Part shown: piece after piece, positions 17,952-27,503 of the stretch
Numbering within the stretch: the stretch's first letter is position 1
Layout: each line of letters begins with the position of its first letter
From: Calditrichota bacterium
GTDB taxonomy: Bacteria > Electryoneota > AABM5-125-24 > Hatepunaeales > Hatepunaeaceae
Reading direction: 5' to 3'
Assembly: GCA_018644935.1 (NCBI GenBank)
Contig: JABGPL010000003.1
Location: forward strand, 19,639 to 83,638
Length of the DNA stretch: 64,000 bases
Program-made: the position numbers and the translations under genes
Notes under the pieces: model-generated
Database searches by the model: none
What the model was told of the DNA's origin: nothing
What the model saw: only the letters and a program-made list of their open reading frames with translations

Positions 17952-19445
17952 TTGGAAAAGACAACAGTTAAGACAGCACCCTTTGCCAATGCAACACTAA
18001 TCTCCGGAGTACTTGCATTCATTTTGTCGCTATTCCCCTGGATTGTAGAATCACTTGTCATAATTCCCTTTATGATTGTCTATTTTATAGTTCCGATTTT
18101 CGCGTTCACTGTCGGAGTTCTTGCCGTTATATTTTCATTTCTTGCAAAGAATAAGCTGAACAAAGCCTGGAACAAAACTGATCATACTCTTGAGAAAATG
18201 AGCGGCCGATGGAAAGTAGTGGTGGGAATGATTCTGGGGTTCATTTCAATACTTGTGGGCGGTTTTATCGCTGCGGTGTTTTTCTATTTTACTCAAGAAA
18301 TGAAAGCAACACCAACAGAACCGATCGGTGAGTCGCAAATGTATTTCTACGGTGAGGAAGAGTACAATGAGATTAGCACTCAGACAATACTCCTGCCGGA
18401 TTCGACCTTACTAACCAAGGGACACCGATATATCCGACATCTCACCGGAAGCCGATCAAGCGTACTTTTAAAAACGGATCTTAATGGTAAGGAAATCTGG
18501 TTTAGACCTTTTAGCGGTAAAAACGGAATTATTGCGAAGGCAGCCGATAATACACTGCTTTTTGCTTATATGATGGAAAACATAAACGTCACCTCAGACA
18601 ATGTAATAAGAATCCAGAAACTCTCTCTTGAGGGTGATAGTCTGGACTCCCGTAACTACAAATTCAATTGCGACCGCACAACAATCCAACTCTTTAAAGC
18701 TGTTGATCAGAAAATGTGTCTTATGGGAGTGGGTATTGCCCCTGATTCAGGAGAATTTACAGAGTATTCCCTTATCGCTATTGACTCGGCAGGTGACTCA
18801 TTGTGGTCGAAAACCTATTCAAAAGAGTTGACCGGAAACATGCAGGATATAGTCGTTGTTGATGACGGATATGTAATTACAGGATGGATAGGAAAAGAGT
18901 TTGCTAACGATTATAGTTATCATTATTTGCACATTGACAAAGACGGAAATATCCTTGCGGATAATAGAGATGATGAACCGTTTAATTTTCAAATCATAGA
19001 AACTCTCGTGAATGAAGATGGAACAATAATGGTGCTCGGGAATCAGGTGAATGAAGCGGGATCTCTTAACGGGCTAATGAGGAAGATGAAACCCAATGGT
19101 GAGATAATTTGGTCGAAACCTTTTAGTGGGGACGGATACCACTTCACCACTGGCTTTATTCCCTGGAAAGGTGGCTGGTTGGTTACTGGCTGGACTCCAC
19201 GTCAAACCTCTATGATGACAATGAAAACACAAAAAGTCGAAGCCTGGGACACATGGTATATTGCGATACTTAATGCTGATGGCGAATTAATTCATGGGTT
19301 CAATGGAGAGAAGGAATCTTTTGCAGCATGGGATATCACCGCAATTTCCGAAGATCGCTGTGTGATGACCGGATTTGGCGGAGACAAAACAAATGCGAAT
19401 CACAAATATTCAGCAAATGATATCGGATTGTTGTTTTACAAGTGA
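17952..19445 (+). CDS. membrane-anchored repeat protein (beta-propeller-like), function unknown
   Basis: 497-aa ORF with a TTG start. It has three or four N-terminal TM helices, then recurring blocks GKEIWFRPFSG, GDSLWSKTYS and GEIIWSKPFSG, each followed by GW/TGW strands. Confidence 0.35.
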   Translation: MEKTTVKTAPFANATLISGVLAFILSLFPWIVESLVIIPFMIVYFIVPIFAFTVGVLAVIFSFLAKNKLNKAWNKTDHTLEKMSGRWKVVVGMILGFISILVGGFIAAVFFYFTQEMKATPTEPIGESQMYFYGEEEYNEISTQTILLPDSTLLTKGHRYIRHLTGSRSSVLLKTDLNGKEIWFRPFSGKNGIIAKAADNTLLFAYMMENINVTSDNVIRIQKLSLEGDSLDSRNYKFNCDRTTIQLFKAVDQKMCLMGVGIAPDSGEFTEYSLIAIDSAGDSLWSKTYSKELTGNMQDIVVVDDGYVITGWIGKEFANDYSYHYLHIDKDGNILADNRDDEPFNFQIIETLVNEDGTIMVLGNQVNEAGSLNGLMRKMKPNGEIIWSKPFSGDGYHFTTGFIPWKGGWLVTGWTPRQTSMMTMKTQKVEAWDTWYIAILNADGELIHGFNGEKESFAAWDITAISEDRCVMTGFGGDKTNANHKYSANDIGLLFYK

Positions 19446-19483
19446 GAATTTTGTAATAAACTGGAATCAAATTAGGAAACATT

Positions 19484-20956
19484 TTGAGATCAAAGGCAGA
19501 AAAATGGGGATCTGGGATATTTGTAGGGTTATGTATTCTCTACATGATACTAATGGTTCCTGCGCCTGATCCCCCGGAATATCCGGCAGGAGAGAAAAAT
19601 CCTTTCGCCTGGAACAGCGACAAGTACTGGGCATATCTGGAATCCGAGTTTTTTAAAGCGAGATCAACGGAAACGGACAGTATCGACCTCCAAATTTCAG
19701 AAGGATTTGCTGAGATAGAGGAGCTGTTGATTTCAATGTCATCAGACTCACTACCTCCCGCCTCAGAAATATTTTCCAGCATCGAAGACAAGTTTTTCAA
19801 TCTCGCATCTCTGGTTGCAGCAAATCCAACCAGATTCGAGTTTTTCCTTGCACTATACAAGATGCTGAGAATACAGGTAAAAGAGCAATCCCGACATTGG
19901 GATATGAATTCTCAACAGAGTCGGGATACCGTGTATCGAATCCTGTTTGGGGGACGGATGGCGGTTGAAGAGGTGATTATGCAGTCACCACCTCAAATAG
20001 TCAACAACGTTACTGTCGATTTCAACGAACAATCGGTCACCCCATTTGTAGAAGTCTATGGAGTTCGAGTACATAGTGGTGACATTCTCGTTTCTCGGGG
20101 TGGAGCACCAACGTCGGCTCTGATAGCTCGCGGGAATGACTACCCGGGAAATTTCTCGCACGCTGCGTTAGTGTATGTCAGCGAAACTACTGGTGAGGCT
20201 TCGGTAATTGAATCGCTGATTGAACACGGAGTTAAAATATCGACTGTTGACGATTACCTGCATGATACTAAGCTGAGGATAATGCTGTTGCGGGTCCGCT
20301 CAGATATACCGTCAATGATAACTGATCCATGGATACCTCACAAAGCGGCTGGATATATCTATCAGAAAACGCGCGAGGAACACATCCCATACGATTTTGC
20401 CATGGACACCCGTGATGGAGAAAAACAGTTTTGTTCAGAGGTAGTATCACAGTCTTTCAGGGAGTGGGGAGTTCAATTGTGGAGTGCGGTTTCAAACATC
20501 TCAGGAAGTGGAATCAAAAACTGGTTGTCGGCGTTCGGGGTGAGGAACTTTAAAACTCAACAACCTTCAGACCTTGAATATGACCCCAAACTGAGAGTGG
20601 TGGTGGAATGGCGTGATTTCAAAACCCTCACTAAGGATCGAATAGACAACGCCATTGTCGATGTGATGCTCGAGGATGCTGAAGCCGGCAAGCGATTGCA
20701 ATATGACATTTACATGCTTCCGATTGCTCGGATAGTTAAGGCTTACAGCTTCATCCTGAACCTGTTCGGTGGAACAGGACCGGTTCCAGAAGGGATGAAT
20801 TCTTCTACTGCCTTGCGTAACAAGCGGTTCAGCAAAGATCACAATGAGATTAAAGAAAATCTGCAGCCATTGATTAAACAGTTTGAACATGACAAAGGTT
20901 ATTCGCCTCCGTATTGGGAATTAGTCAGGCTTGCAAGAGAGGCAAAAAATGGTTAG
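19484..20956 (+). CDS. membrane-anchored protein with YiiX-like permuted papain/NlpC-P60-type domain
   Basis: N-terminal TM helix (GIFVGLCILYMILMV). The central GDILVSRGGAPTSALIARG...FSHAALVYV...VIESL...YDFAMD...FCSEVVSQSF resembles the His-then-Cys order of YiiX/YaeF-type permuted cysteine hydrolases. Confidence 0.45.
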   Translation: MRSKAEKWGSGIFVGLCILYMILMVPAPDPPEYPAGEKNPFAWNSDKYWAYLESEFFKARSTETDSIDLQISEGFAEIEELLISMSSDSLPPASEIFSSIEDKFFNLASLVAANPTRFEFFLALYKMLRIQVKEQSRHWDMNSQQSRDTVYRILFGGRMAVEEVIMQSPPQIVNNVTVDFNEQSVTPFVEVYGVRVHSGDILVSRGGAPTSALIARGNDYPGNFSHAALVYVSETTGEASVIESLIEHGVKISTVDDYLHDTKLRIMLLRVRSDIPSMITDPWIPHKAAGYIYQKTREEHIPYDFAMDTRDGEKQFCSEVVSQSFREWGVQLWSAVSNISGSGIKNWLSAFGVRNFKTQQPSDLEYDPKLRVVVEWRDFKTLTKDRIDNAIVDVMLEDAEAGKRLQYDIYMLPIARIVKAYSFILNLFGGTGPVPEGMNSSTALRNKRFSKDHNEIKENLQPLIKQFEHDKGYSPPYWELVRLAREAKNG

Positions 20957-20987
20957 GATAAAGGAAAACAATCTTTAAGGAGATAAT

Positions 20988-21365
20988 ATGGAATCTACAG
21001 AGATAAAAGGAATTGCGTTTGTGTCAATTTACACTGATGACTTTGAAAAGAGTTACAAATTCTATTCAGAGGTGCTGGGCCTGAAAAAACAATTTGACAT
21101 GGGTGACCAGGCATGTTTTTTTGAGGTTCCGGAAAATACGGGATTATATCTACAGGGTGGAAACAAAACAGTTGAGTTTGATGATCAGATGATGCGAGCC
21201 GCTTTTGTATTCTCCGTGGAATCAGCATCTGCAATGTGGGAAAAGCTCAAAGCCGAGGGACTTAAGCTCATACAGGACGAACCGATGGATATGGGAGCCG
21301 GAGATTTCTTTTTCCAGTTCTACGACCCGACAGGTAATATCCTCGAAATTTTGGGTGGGAAGTAG
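20988..21365 (+). CDS. VOC (glyoxalase) family protein
   Basis: IKGIAFVSIYTDDFEKSYKFYSEVLGL and a C-terminal FFQFYDPTGNILEI fit the VOC fold. AAGGAG lies upstream. Confidence 0.75.
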   Translation: MESTEIKGIAFVSIYTDDFEKSYKFYSEVLGLKKQFDMGDQACFFEVPENTGLYLQGGNKTVEFDDQMMRAAFVFSVESASAMWEKLKAEGLKLIQDEPMDMGAGDFFFQFYDPTGNILEILGGK

Positions 21366-21381
21366 GAAAACCTTTTTCGTA

Positions 21382-21444
21382 AGGGTTGAGTATTTTCAAC
21401 CCTTGTCCGATGTGTTGTGAAAGGGCTGAAAATATTCAGCCCCT
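21382..21444. repeat. double-hairpin REP-like module, copy 1
   Basis: AGGGTTGA-GTATTT-TCAACCCT, then TGTCCGATGTGTTGTGAA, then AGGGCTGAA-AATA-TTCAGCCCC. It is similar in order and sequence to 22040-22098. Confidence 0.75.
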
Positions 21445-21477
21445 ACAACCACACCACCATATCCATGAAAAGGTATT

Positions 21478-21924
21478 ATGAGCAGAGCACCACTCCAAAT
21501 CCTCGCTATACCATTTCACCGCAAACAGGACGATTCCCTCGAATACGCAATTTTCAAGCGGTCAATAGGTGAATTCTGGCAATTCATTTCAGGTGGCGGA
21601 GAGGACGACGAAAAACCAATTGAAACGGCCAGACGTGAAGGTTTCGAAGAAGCTCAGATCCCACCCGAGTCTAATTATTCCTATCTCGATACACTAAATA
21701 CAATCCCGGTAGTTGGAATTACTGGTAAATTTACATGGGGTGAGGATGTTTTTGTAGTTCCTGAACATACATTTTCAGTAGAAATTCACGACCCAAACCT
21801 TACAATATCCGACGAACACACAGAATACAGATGGGTAGATTACGACACTGCCGTTAAAATGCTCAAGTGGGACAGCAACCGAAATGCATTATGGGAATTG
21901 AGGGAACGCCTCCGCAGGGGCTGA
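21478..21924 (+). CDS. NUDIX hydrolase
   Basis: Nudix box GGGEDDEKPIETARREGFEEAQI (G-x5-E-x7-REUxEExGU) in a 148-aa ORF. Confidence 0.85.
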   Translation: MSRAPLQILAIPFHRKQDDSLEYAIFKRSIGEFWQFISGGGEDDEKPIETARREGFEEAQIPPESNYSYLDTLNTIPVVGITGKFTWGEDVFVVPEHTFSVEIHDPNLTISDEHTEYRWVDYDTAVKMLKWDSNRNALWELRERLRRG

Positions 21925-21956
21925 ATGTTTTCAGTGCAGACCGTGGATGCACTGCC

Positions 21957-21992
21957 GTGTGGCTTGGGCTACTTGTTGCCCAAGTTTCTTTA
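21957..21992 (+). repeat. 36-bp hairpin repeat GTGTGGCTTGGGCTACTTGTTGCCCAAGTTTCTTTA, copy 1
   Basis: Identical 36-mer at 27376-27411. CTTGGGC/GCCCAAG stem followed by TTTCTTT. It could act as the NUDIX gene terminator. Confidence 0.8.
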
Positions 21993-22039
21993 CAATTCGA
22001 CAAATTCGGATCAGCACAAATTGAATTTAAAAATCCTGT

Positions 22040-22098
22040 AGGGGTTGAATGTTTTCAACCCCTGTCCGCTGTGTTGTTGGCCTGAATATATTCAGGCC
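22040..22098. repeat. double-hairpin REP-like module, copy 2
   Basis: AGGGGTTGAA-TGTT-TTCAACCCCT, then GTCCGCTGTGTTGTT, then GGCCTGAA-TATA-TTCAGGCC (the stem extends to GTGTTGTTGG.../...CCAACAACA). Confidence 0.75.
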
Positions 22099-22126
22099 AA
22101 CAACATCCAAAATAAAGGAGCTGAAA

Positions 22127-24925
22127 ATGAGATTATATCAGACAAAAATCAAATCTATACAACTTTGTTTCATAACTTTGATTCTCTTTTCCTTTATGGC
22201 ACCCGTAAACGGTGCACTCCGTGACATCATCCCCTTCCCACAACAGGCAACGCAAATGGGTGGCGACCCTCTGCGAATGGACATGGAAACAGCAATCGTC
22301 ATTTCAGACGATCCATCACAAGCTACGCTTAGCGGTGCTGATTCGCTCGTCGCTGCCGTTGAACGTTCAATGGGTTATGTCCTGCGAATTGTTAACCTGG
22401 CGGACTGGAACAGTCAATATCCCGTGATCCTGCTTGGGCTTTCGGGCGAGCTTCCTGAATTTGAGTTTATCGTTTCCGAAGCCGTTCCATTTACGTCTGA
22501 TCTGGTATTCCAACCTGAGGGTTATGTGCTATTGTCAGATATATCCCGCCTGACTTTGATCTCGACAGATTTGCGGGGTATGACATATGGCATTAACACA
22601 GTAGAACAATTACTGACATTCGGCAATGCTGCCTTTTTTGCTGAACAGGTTCTAATCTTTGACTATCCCGATTTTCAGGATCGGATGCTGAATTTGCAGA
22701 CGAATTTCATGACAAATGATAATGTCCCAGCGGTTTTTGATCTTCTGCACCGGATGTATAGCGTCCGGATGAACACGGTTGCACTACGCGATTTCAAGTT
22801 CAACCTGCTACAAGAAATGCCGGATCGATATCTTAACAACGCCGAAACGGCAAGGGCAGAGATGGAGCGTCTTGATATGTATATTGTCCCACAGGTCGCA
22901 CCGTTTGGTTACTCCGAGGGATTGCTGCGTGAAAATCCTAATAATGCCGAAGGTGTGCCTGTTGTGGATGCGAGGTTCATTGTTGAGGACGGATTTGCAT
23001 CTCTTGACCCAGATCCGGGAATGATTCTCGTCAACGGCAATTTCGAGGATGTGGAGGACGACGCGTTCGGTGGCTGGAGGTCTCAGGAGAACGTCGGTGT
23101 CAGCGTATTCGACGAAACCAATATCGTATTTGAGGGTGAGCACTCCGTCCGAATGGAGAACTTCCGGCAGGGCAACGAAGCCGGGAATTGCAGATTCACA
23201 GCCGAGCTCGACTGCGAGCCCTGGCGTAATTACCACTTCAGCGTAATGTGCCGGACCGATGGACTGCAAGCCGGGTGGGGAGTTCAGGTTCAGGCTTATG
23301 GAATGGTTGAGAATGGAGATAACCGCCGACTCGTATTTCCGGAGTTCAATATCGGCAACAACGCAGATTGGACAAAGCTCGAAGTCAATCTGAACTCACT
23401 TGATCATAACCGAATCCGGTTCTATTTCGGAGTCTGGGGAGGCGAGGGTGGAAGGGCTTACTTCGACGATGCACGTTTGACCGAGATCGGACTGGTTAAT
23501 CTTCTCCGGCGGGAGGGCTGTCCGTTTACGGTTACTTCCGAGGATGGTGAAACCGAATATGTCGAGGGCGAGGATTTCGCAACTGTCATCGATACACTAA
23601 CTGGCATGGTGCCATATGCGGGAAACTACGACATCTACCATACCCCCCCAGAAATTGAAGTCATCGGTAATCGCATCAACGATGGTGACGCACTGCTGGT
23701 CGACTTTTACCACCCAATAGTAATTCACAACTATCAGGTGATGTGCTGCCCATCCGAGGAAGCTGTCTATGATTTAGTGACTCAGGACGCGGAAACAGTG
23801 ACCGAGCTACTCCAACCCGACGCCTATTTCCTCAGCCATGATGAAATTCGCGTATTGAACTGGGATGCGGCATGCCAGCAGCGCGGGATGACTCCGGCAG
23901 AGATTCTTGCCGATAATGTACAACGGGTAATGGATATTTACAGAGGTGTGACCGAAGATGCGGAGCTCTTCATCTGGTCGGATATGTTCGATCCATTCCA
24001 TAACGCAAATGACAACTACTACCTCGTCAACGGCGATCTGACCGGAAGCGCTGAGCTAATCCCCAACGACCTGATAATAGTGGATTGGAACACGGGCGAG
24101 ATGAACAACTCCCTCGGTTACTTCAAAGAGCTCGGTTTCGAAGTAGCAGGTTCGGTCGATTGTTCATCTTCCATGCAAGCTGCTCGCCCGTGGGCGGAAG
24201 CTCTGCGATGTCACGACGGCAGAGGCATGATATACACCACCTGGAACCGCCGCTACGACTTCATTGAGGATGTCGGACCGTACATGTGGTCGATTGCACC
24301 GCATATTGTCCACCACTATTCGGACGATATATTAGAGAGAAACCAATTGTTTGTGAGTGCCGAGCTGTTCATTGATGATGATCCCGGATCGGCAGGTGTT
24401 GAAATTGACCAAGCCTTTCTATATGTCGTTACCAATCCGGACAGCGCATTTGAACAGGTAGAAATGTACACTTTGGATAACAATGTTTACACGTCCCGCG
24501 GATTAATCTTAGACCAGGGACATACCGGCATAAAATATTACATCGAAGCCACCGACACCCGTGGCAACACAACCTACAGCCCCGTAGGTGCTCCGGAGGT
24601 ACAATACTTAGTAGGCGAAGACTGGGCAATGTCCACACCCAACAATCCCGAACCCCCTATCCCCACCGATTTCAGCGTCTCCACCCACCCCAACCCCTTC
24701 AACAACACCCTGACCATAACCTTCACCCTCCCTGAGCCCGGTGAGACAACAGTTACAATTTGGGATACACGGGGCAGGCAGGTGGCGCAGGTGTTGTCTG
24801 GTGATTTGAAGAGAGGGAAGCATGTTGTTAGTTGGGAGGCAAGTGGGATAGGGACGGGGGTGTATTTTTGTAAGGTCGGGTGCGGGGAAGATGAAAGGAT
24901 TTCCAGAGTGGTTTTGGTGCGGTAG
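22127..24925 (+). CDS. secreted GH20/GH84-like glycoside hydrolase candidate with CBM-like insertion and T9SS C-terminal domain
   Basis: I prefer ATG 22127 (AAGGAG upstream; signal peptide IQLCFITLILFSFMAPVNG). IPFPQQ...EGYVLLSD...DLRGMTYGINTVEQLL...FDYPDFQDR resembles the GH20/GH84 N-terminal domain and the start of the barrel. NGNFEDVEDDAFGGW...AYFDDARLTEIG is CBM4/9-like. The C-terminus HPNPFNNTLTITFTLP...GVYFCKV...VVLVR is T9SS-like. Confidence 0.5.
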   Translation: MRLYQTKIKSIQLCFITLILFSFMAPVNGALRDIIPFPQQATQMGGDPLRMDMETAIVISDDPSQATLSGADSLVAAVERSMGYVLRIVNLADWNSQYPVILLGLSGELPEFEFIVSEAVPFTSDLVFQPEGYVLLSDISRLTLISTDLRGMTYGINTVEQLLTFGNAAFFAEQVLIFDYPDFQDRMLNLQTNFMTNDNVPAVFDLLHRMYSVRMNTVALRDFKFNLLQEMPDRYLNNAETARAEMERLDMYIVPQVAPFGYSEGLLRENPNNAEGVPVVDARFIVEDGFASLDPDPGMILVNGNFEDVEDDAFGGWRSQENVGVSVFDETNIVFEGEHSVRMENFRQGNEAGNCRFTAELDCEPWRNYHFSVMCRTDGLQAGWGVQVQAYGMVENGDNRRLVFPEFNIGNNADWTKLEVNLNSLDHNRIRFYFGVWGGEGGRAYFDDARLTEIGLVNLLRREGCPFTVTSEDGETEYVEGEDFATVIDTLTGMVPYAGNYDIYHTPPEIEVIGNRINDGDALLVDFYHPIVIHNYQVMCCPSEEAVYDLVTQDAETVTELLQPDAYFLSHDEIRVLNWDAACQQRGMTPAEILADNVQRVMDIYRGVTEDAELFIWSDMFDPFHNANDNYYLVNGDLTGSAELIPNDLIIVDWNTGEMNNSLGYFKELGFEVAGSVDCSSSMQAARPWAEALRCHDGRGMIYTTWNRRYDFIEDVGPYMWSIAPHIVHHYSDDILERNQLFVSAELFIDDDPGSAGVEIDQAFLYVVTNPDSAFEQVEMYTLDNNVYTSRGLILDQGHTGIKYYIEATDTRGNTTYSPVGAPEVQYLVGEDWAMSTPNNPEPPIPTDFSVSTHPNPFNNTLTITFTLPEPGETTVTIWDTRGRQVAQVLSGDLKRGKHVVSWEASGIGTGVYFCKVGCGEDERISRVVLVR

Positions 24926-24987
24926 AAATGTAAGTTTTGTAGTCTGGGATCATGCCATCCAGGAGAATTTTGTTTATGGAGAGATTT

Positions 24988-25009
24988 CCCCCCTTCTATT
25001 GAAGGGGGG
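24988..25009. terminator. hairpin between convergent genes (possible bidirectional terminator)
   Basis: CCCCCCTTC-TATT-GAAGGGGGG between the stops at 24925 (+) and 25032 (-). There is no clear U-tract on either strand. Confidence 0.35.
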
Positions 25010-25031
25010 TGTATAGACCGGAGAGATCTGT

Positions 25032-27344
25032 CTACTTAAAATCTATCTCATCACGCCAGTACCTTGCCTTGCCAATCCCATATTCACTGGAACTGCCATC
25101 AAATGCCAGACCAAATTGAGAGGGGAGTTGAGCGAAGAGTTCTTTGCCGTCGTAGTATGCTTTGGAGACGTTTACTACGGTGAAAGATAACTTCTTTTTG
25201 GTTTTTTCTGTATAGAAAAAGTCGGCGTTGGTTTCTACTTTTCCGCAATTGTATTTTCCAGACTCGTAGGTATATTTAGGACGGCGGTAGTCGCGCACCA
25301 TGTCCATGCGCATGTCCCGTTTCATTCCTACTTGAATCGTCTGTTTGTCTAGTTTGATTTCGACCGACATTCCGTCGCCGGGATTGTCTGAATCTATGAA
25401 GCTGATCCTGTCAATCCAAGGGCGGGGGTCTTCGTCCAATCCCTGCGGGATGAGAGCAGTCACGAAGCCGATGTGCTCGCCGAGCTCGAAATGCTGTCCC
25501 GTGTATTGGGAAATTACTATTTCGTTCTGGTAGTTGCGCTTTTCCGGTTCAACAGATTCGAGACGGTAATGGGTCTCGGGGAAATAGATCAGCAGGTTGG
25601 ATTCGGGATCATACTTTTTGTTCGTCAGCGAATCGTACTGAGTGAGGTACCAGTGATCCCCCTGATCTAGTATTTTCCGTGTGTGCCAGAGGTTAGCTGC
25701 TGTCATCCACTCTTCTTCGGTGGCTTTCATGACGTCAAACACAATGTAGATTCCTGGGTCTTTCACCCATGTTACGACCCTGTCCCACTGGTACCCCAGT
25801 TTATCGTCGATCAGCTTGGTACGGCAATAGTCGAAATCGTCAAAGGTCAGGAAGTCTATTTTCTGGGTACGGACAAATCTGTAAGATCCAGCGTTATGCA
25901 GGTAATCTATGATGGATTGCCCCTCGATTTTCGGATGATCCGTCGGACTGTAGCGCCACTCTCCGGCTTCCTGCCCCATCCAGATCTTGCCCTGCCGGAC
26001 ACAGAGGCGATTGTGAAAATAGTCCTGCCGGAATGCACCGTACATACCACTCGGCATGTAATCTCGGTAGCCACCATCAACGAGCAGGATCGTCCCATCA
26101 TGCATCAATCGGCAAATACCACCTTCATCGGCGTGACCATGCGTCATCTTTTCCTCTTCTACGGGGATAGCATCACGCAGATAATCGCGGAAAATCACTC
26201 CGCCATCGCCTTCATCGCGGTAATTGAGCATCATATATGACGATTTCGAGTCCCAGCCATCTCGGAAGACGATCTTCTTTCCCTGTACATCTTCCATCAC
26301 TTCTTCACTGAGGATTGTCGGCTGAGCCGGGTTGAGGTCGTCTGTTCCGAATCGGTAGCAGTCGAGTAACAGATACGCAAGGCCGATGCTCTGCACCTTG
26401 CTGAAATCGACAAATTTGCGTCCAATTGTCGCGGCTGCCCATTTGAGTTCGGGGTCATCGTAAGCTTTAGCTGCTGCTTCAAAGAAAACGAGGAAGCGGC
26501 TCCAGTTGGGCTGAATCCGGTGTGAATCTCCGAAATCCGGGATCATCCCGTCCGGGCACATCAGGTGAAGGAAGTACTGCGCGTAATAATACATTTCCGG
26601 GGTATGAAACAGCTCCTTCGATTCATTCTTAGCATCCGCATACCCAAGCAGCGCATAGAGCCAGACACCATGATAAATCGTCGCATCCTCAATTTCCCAG
26701 TTGCCCCAGTTGTCAAACCCGAGCGCGCGTTCATAGCTCTTCCAGTACTTCGTGTGTGGGTGATCCGGGACAGCGCGAACAGCCCACGCCAGAGCTTCAG
26801 CACGAAGGCAAGATCTGTTCATCGCCCCCCATTCTTGAGATTGAAGGACATAGTCGATGCTGTGTGCAATGACTTTCTCAATTTCTTTCTTCTCAGAATC
26901 GGATAAGAATCCCTTTCTTTTCAAAACTTCATAGGGGCGGATGTAACGCATGTTAGTAAAGAAATCCGGAAGAGCGGGAACTCCATTAGTGTAGTCGGGA
27001 CGACGCTTCTCTTCTTTTTTGGGGTACATCTTTTTATATTCACTATAATCAAGCAGCACCTGTTTAGCTCGATTGGCGTACTCGATATTTCCCTCATAAT
27101 CATAGAGAGTCGCATAAATCGTCGCCATCTCGAGGAAGCGGGGTGGAGGACGGTAGCCGAAAATTGACTTTTCGTCAAAATTGTCGCGCCAAAGGGTTAA
27201 AAGAGAGTCCCTATTATCCCATGTCCAATCCGCAGATGCCCTTGCGAATTCGAGGTATTCGACTCGCGGGATCGGGATAACATCGTCTGCTCCCTGTGCA
27301 AACAGGGGTAGCAACAGTAAAATGACGATCCATAATTTCTTCAT
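25032..27344 (-). CDS. secreted heparinase II/III-like polysaccharide lyase candidate
   Basis: 770-aa ORF with a signal peptide (LWIVILLLLPLFAQG). An N-terminal helical (alpha/alpha toroid-like) region is followed by HGHADEGGICRLMHDGTILLVDGGY, which resembles the heparinase II/III HGHAD...LVD.G motif. Confidence 0.5.
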   Translation of the reverse strand: MKKLWIVILLLLPLFAQGADDVIPIPRVEYLEFARASADWTWDNRDSLLTLWRDNFDEKSIFGYRPPPRFLEMATIYATLYDYEGNIEYANRAKQVLLDYSEYKKMYPKKEEKRRPDYTNGVPALPDFFTNMRYIRPYEVLKRKGFLSDSEKKEIEKVIAHSIDYVLQSQEWGAMNRSCLRAEALAWAVRAVPDHPHTKYWKSYERALGFDNWGNWEIEDATIYHGVWLYALLGYADAKNESKELFHTPEMYYYAQYFLHLMCPDGMIPDFGDSHRIQPNWSRFLVFFEAAAKAYDDPELKWAAATIGRKFVDFSKVQSIGLAYLLLDCYRFGTDDLNPAQPTILSEEVMEDVQGKKIVFRDGWDSKSSYMMLNYRDEGDGGVIFRDYLRDAIPVEEEKMTHGHADEGGICRLMHDGTILLVDGGYRDYMPSGMYGAFRQDYFHNRLCVRQGKIWMGQEAGEWRYSPTDHPKIEGQSIIDYLHNAGSYRFVRTQKIDFLTFDDFDYCRTKLIDDKLGYQWDRVVTWVKDPGIYIVFDVMKATEEEWMTAANLWHTRKILDQGDHWYLTQYDSLTNKKYDPESNLLIYFPETHYRLESVEPEKRNYQNEIVISQYTGQHFELGEHIGFVTALIPQGLDEDPRPWIDRISFIDSDNPGDGMSVEIKLDKQTIQVGMKRDMRMDMVRDYRRPKYTYESGKYNCGKVETNADFFYTEKTKKKLSFTVVNVSKAYYDGKELFAQLPSQFGLAFDGSSSEYGIGKARYWRDEIDFK

Positions 27345-27375
27345 TTATTTTCCTTTGAAAAAGTGTCTTCTCCGA

Positions 27376-27411
27376 GTGTGGCTTGGGCTACTTGTTGCCC
27401 AAGTTTCTTTA
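27376..27411 (+). repeat. 36-bp hairpin repeat, copy 2
   Basis: Identical to 21957-21992. It lies between the lyase-like gene start (27344) and the ROK kinase stop (27504). Confidence 0.8.
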
Positions 27412-27503
27412 TTAAATTGAAAACCCCTAACAGGTATTGTGTAACCTTCTGATAATATCACTTGTAAGGTAACCAGGGAAATAGTAACACGGACCATACA
27501 TGA

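Noticed and set aside
20988-22126. Integron-like cassette array (small VOC and NUDIX ORFs separated by imperfect inverted repeats resembling attC sites)
   Set aside because: There is no integrase (intI) or attI nearby. The repeats lack the GTTRRRY/RYYYAAC core of attC sites, and both ORFs have their own Shine-Dalgarno-like sequences. REP-type hairpins explain the pattern more simply.
22808-23269. Long antisense or out-of-frame track ORFs inside well-supported genes (for example 22808-23269, 25683-26240, 54835-55278, 59186-59623, 17239-17652, 17690-18061, 42941-43321, 43869-44291, 40459-40824, 52520-52942)
   Set aside because: Each lies wholly or largely within, or opposite to, a gene with strong family motifs. 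Their translations are low-complexity or Arg/Ser/Cys-rich with no recognisable domain, which is typical of shadow ORFs.
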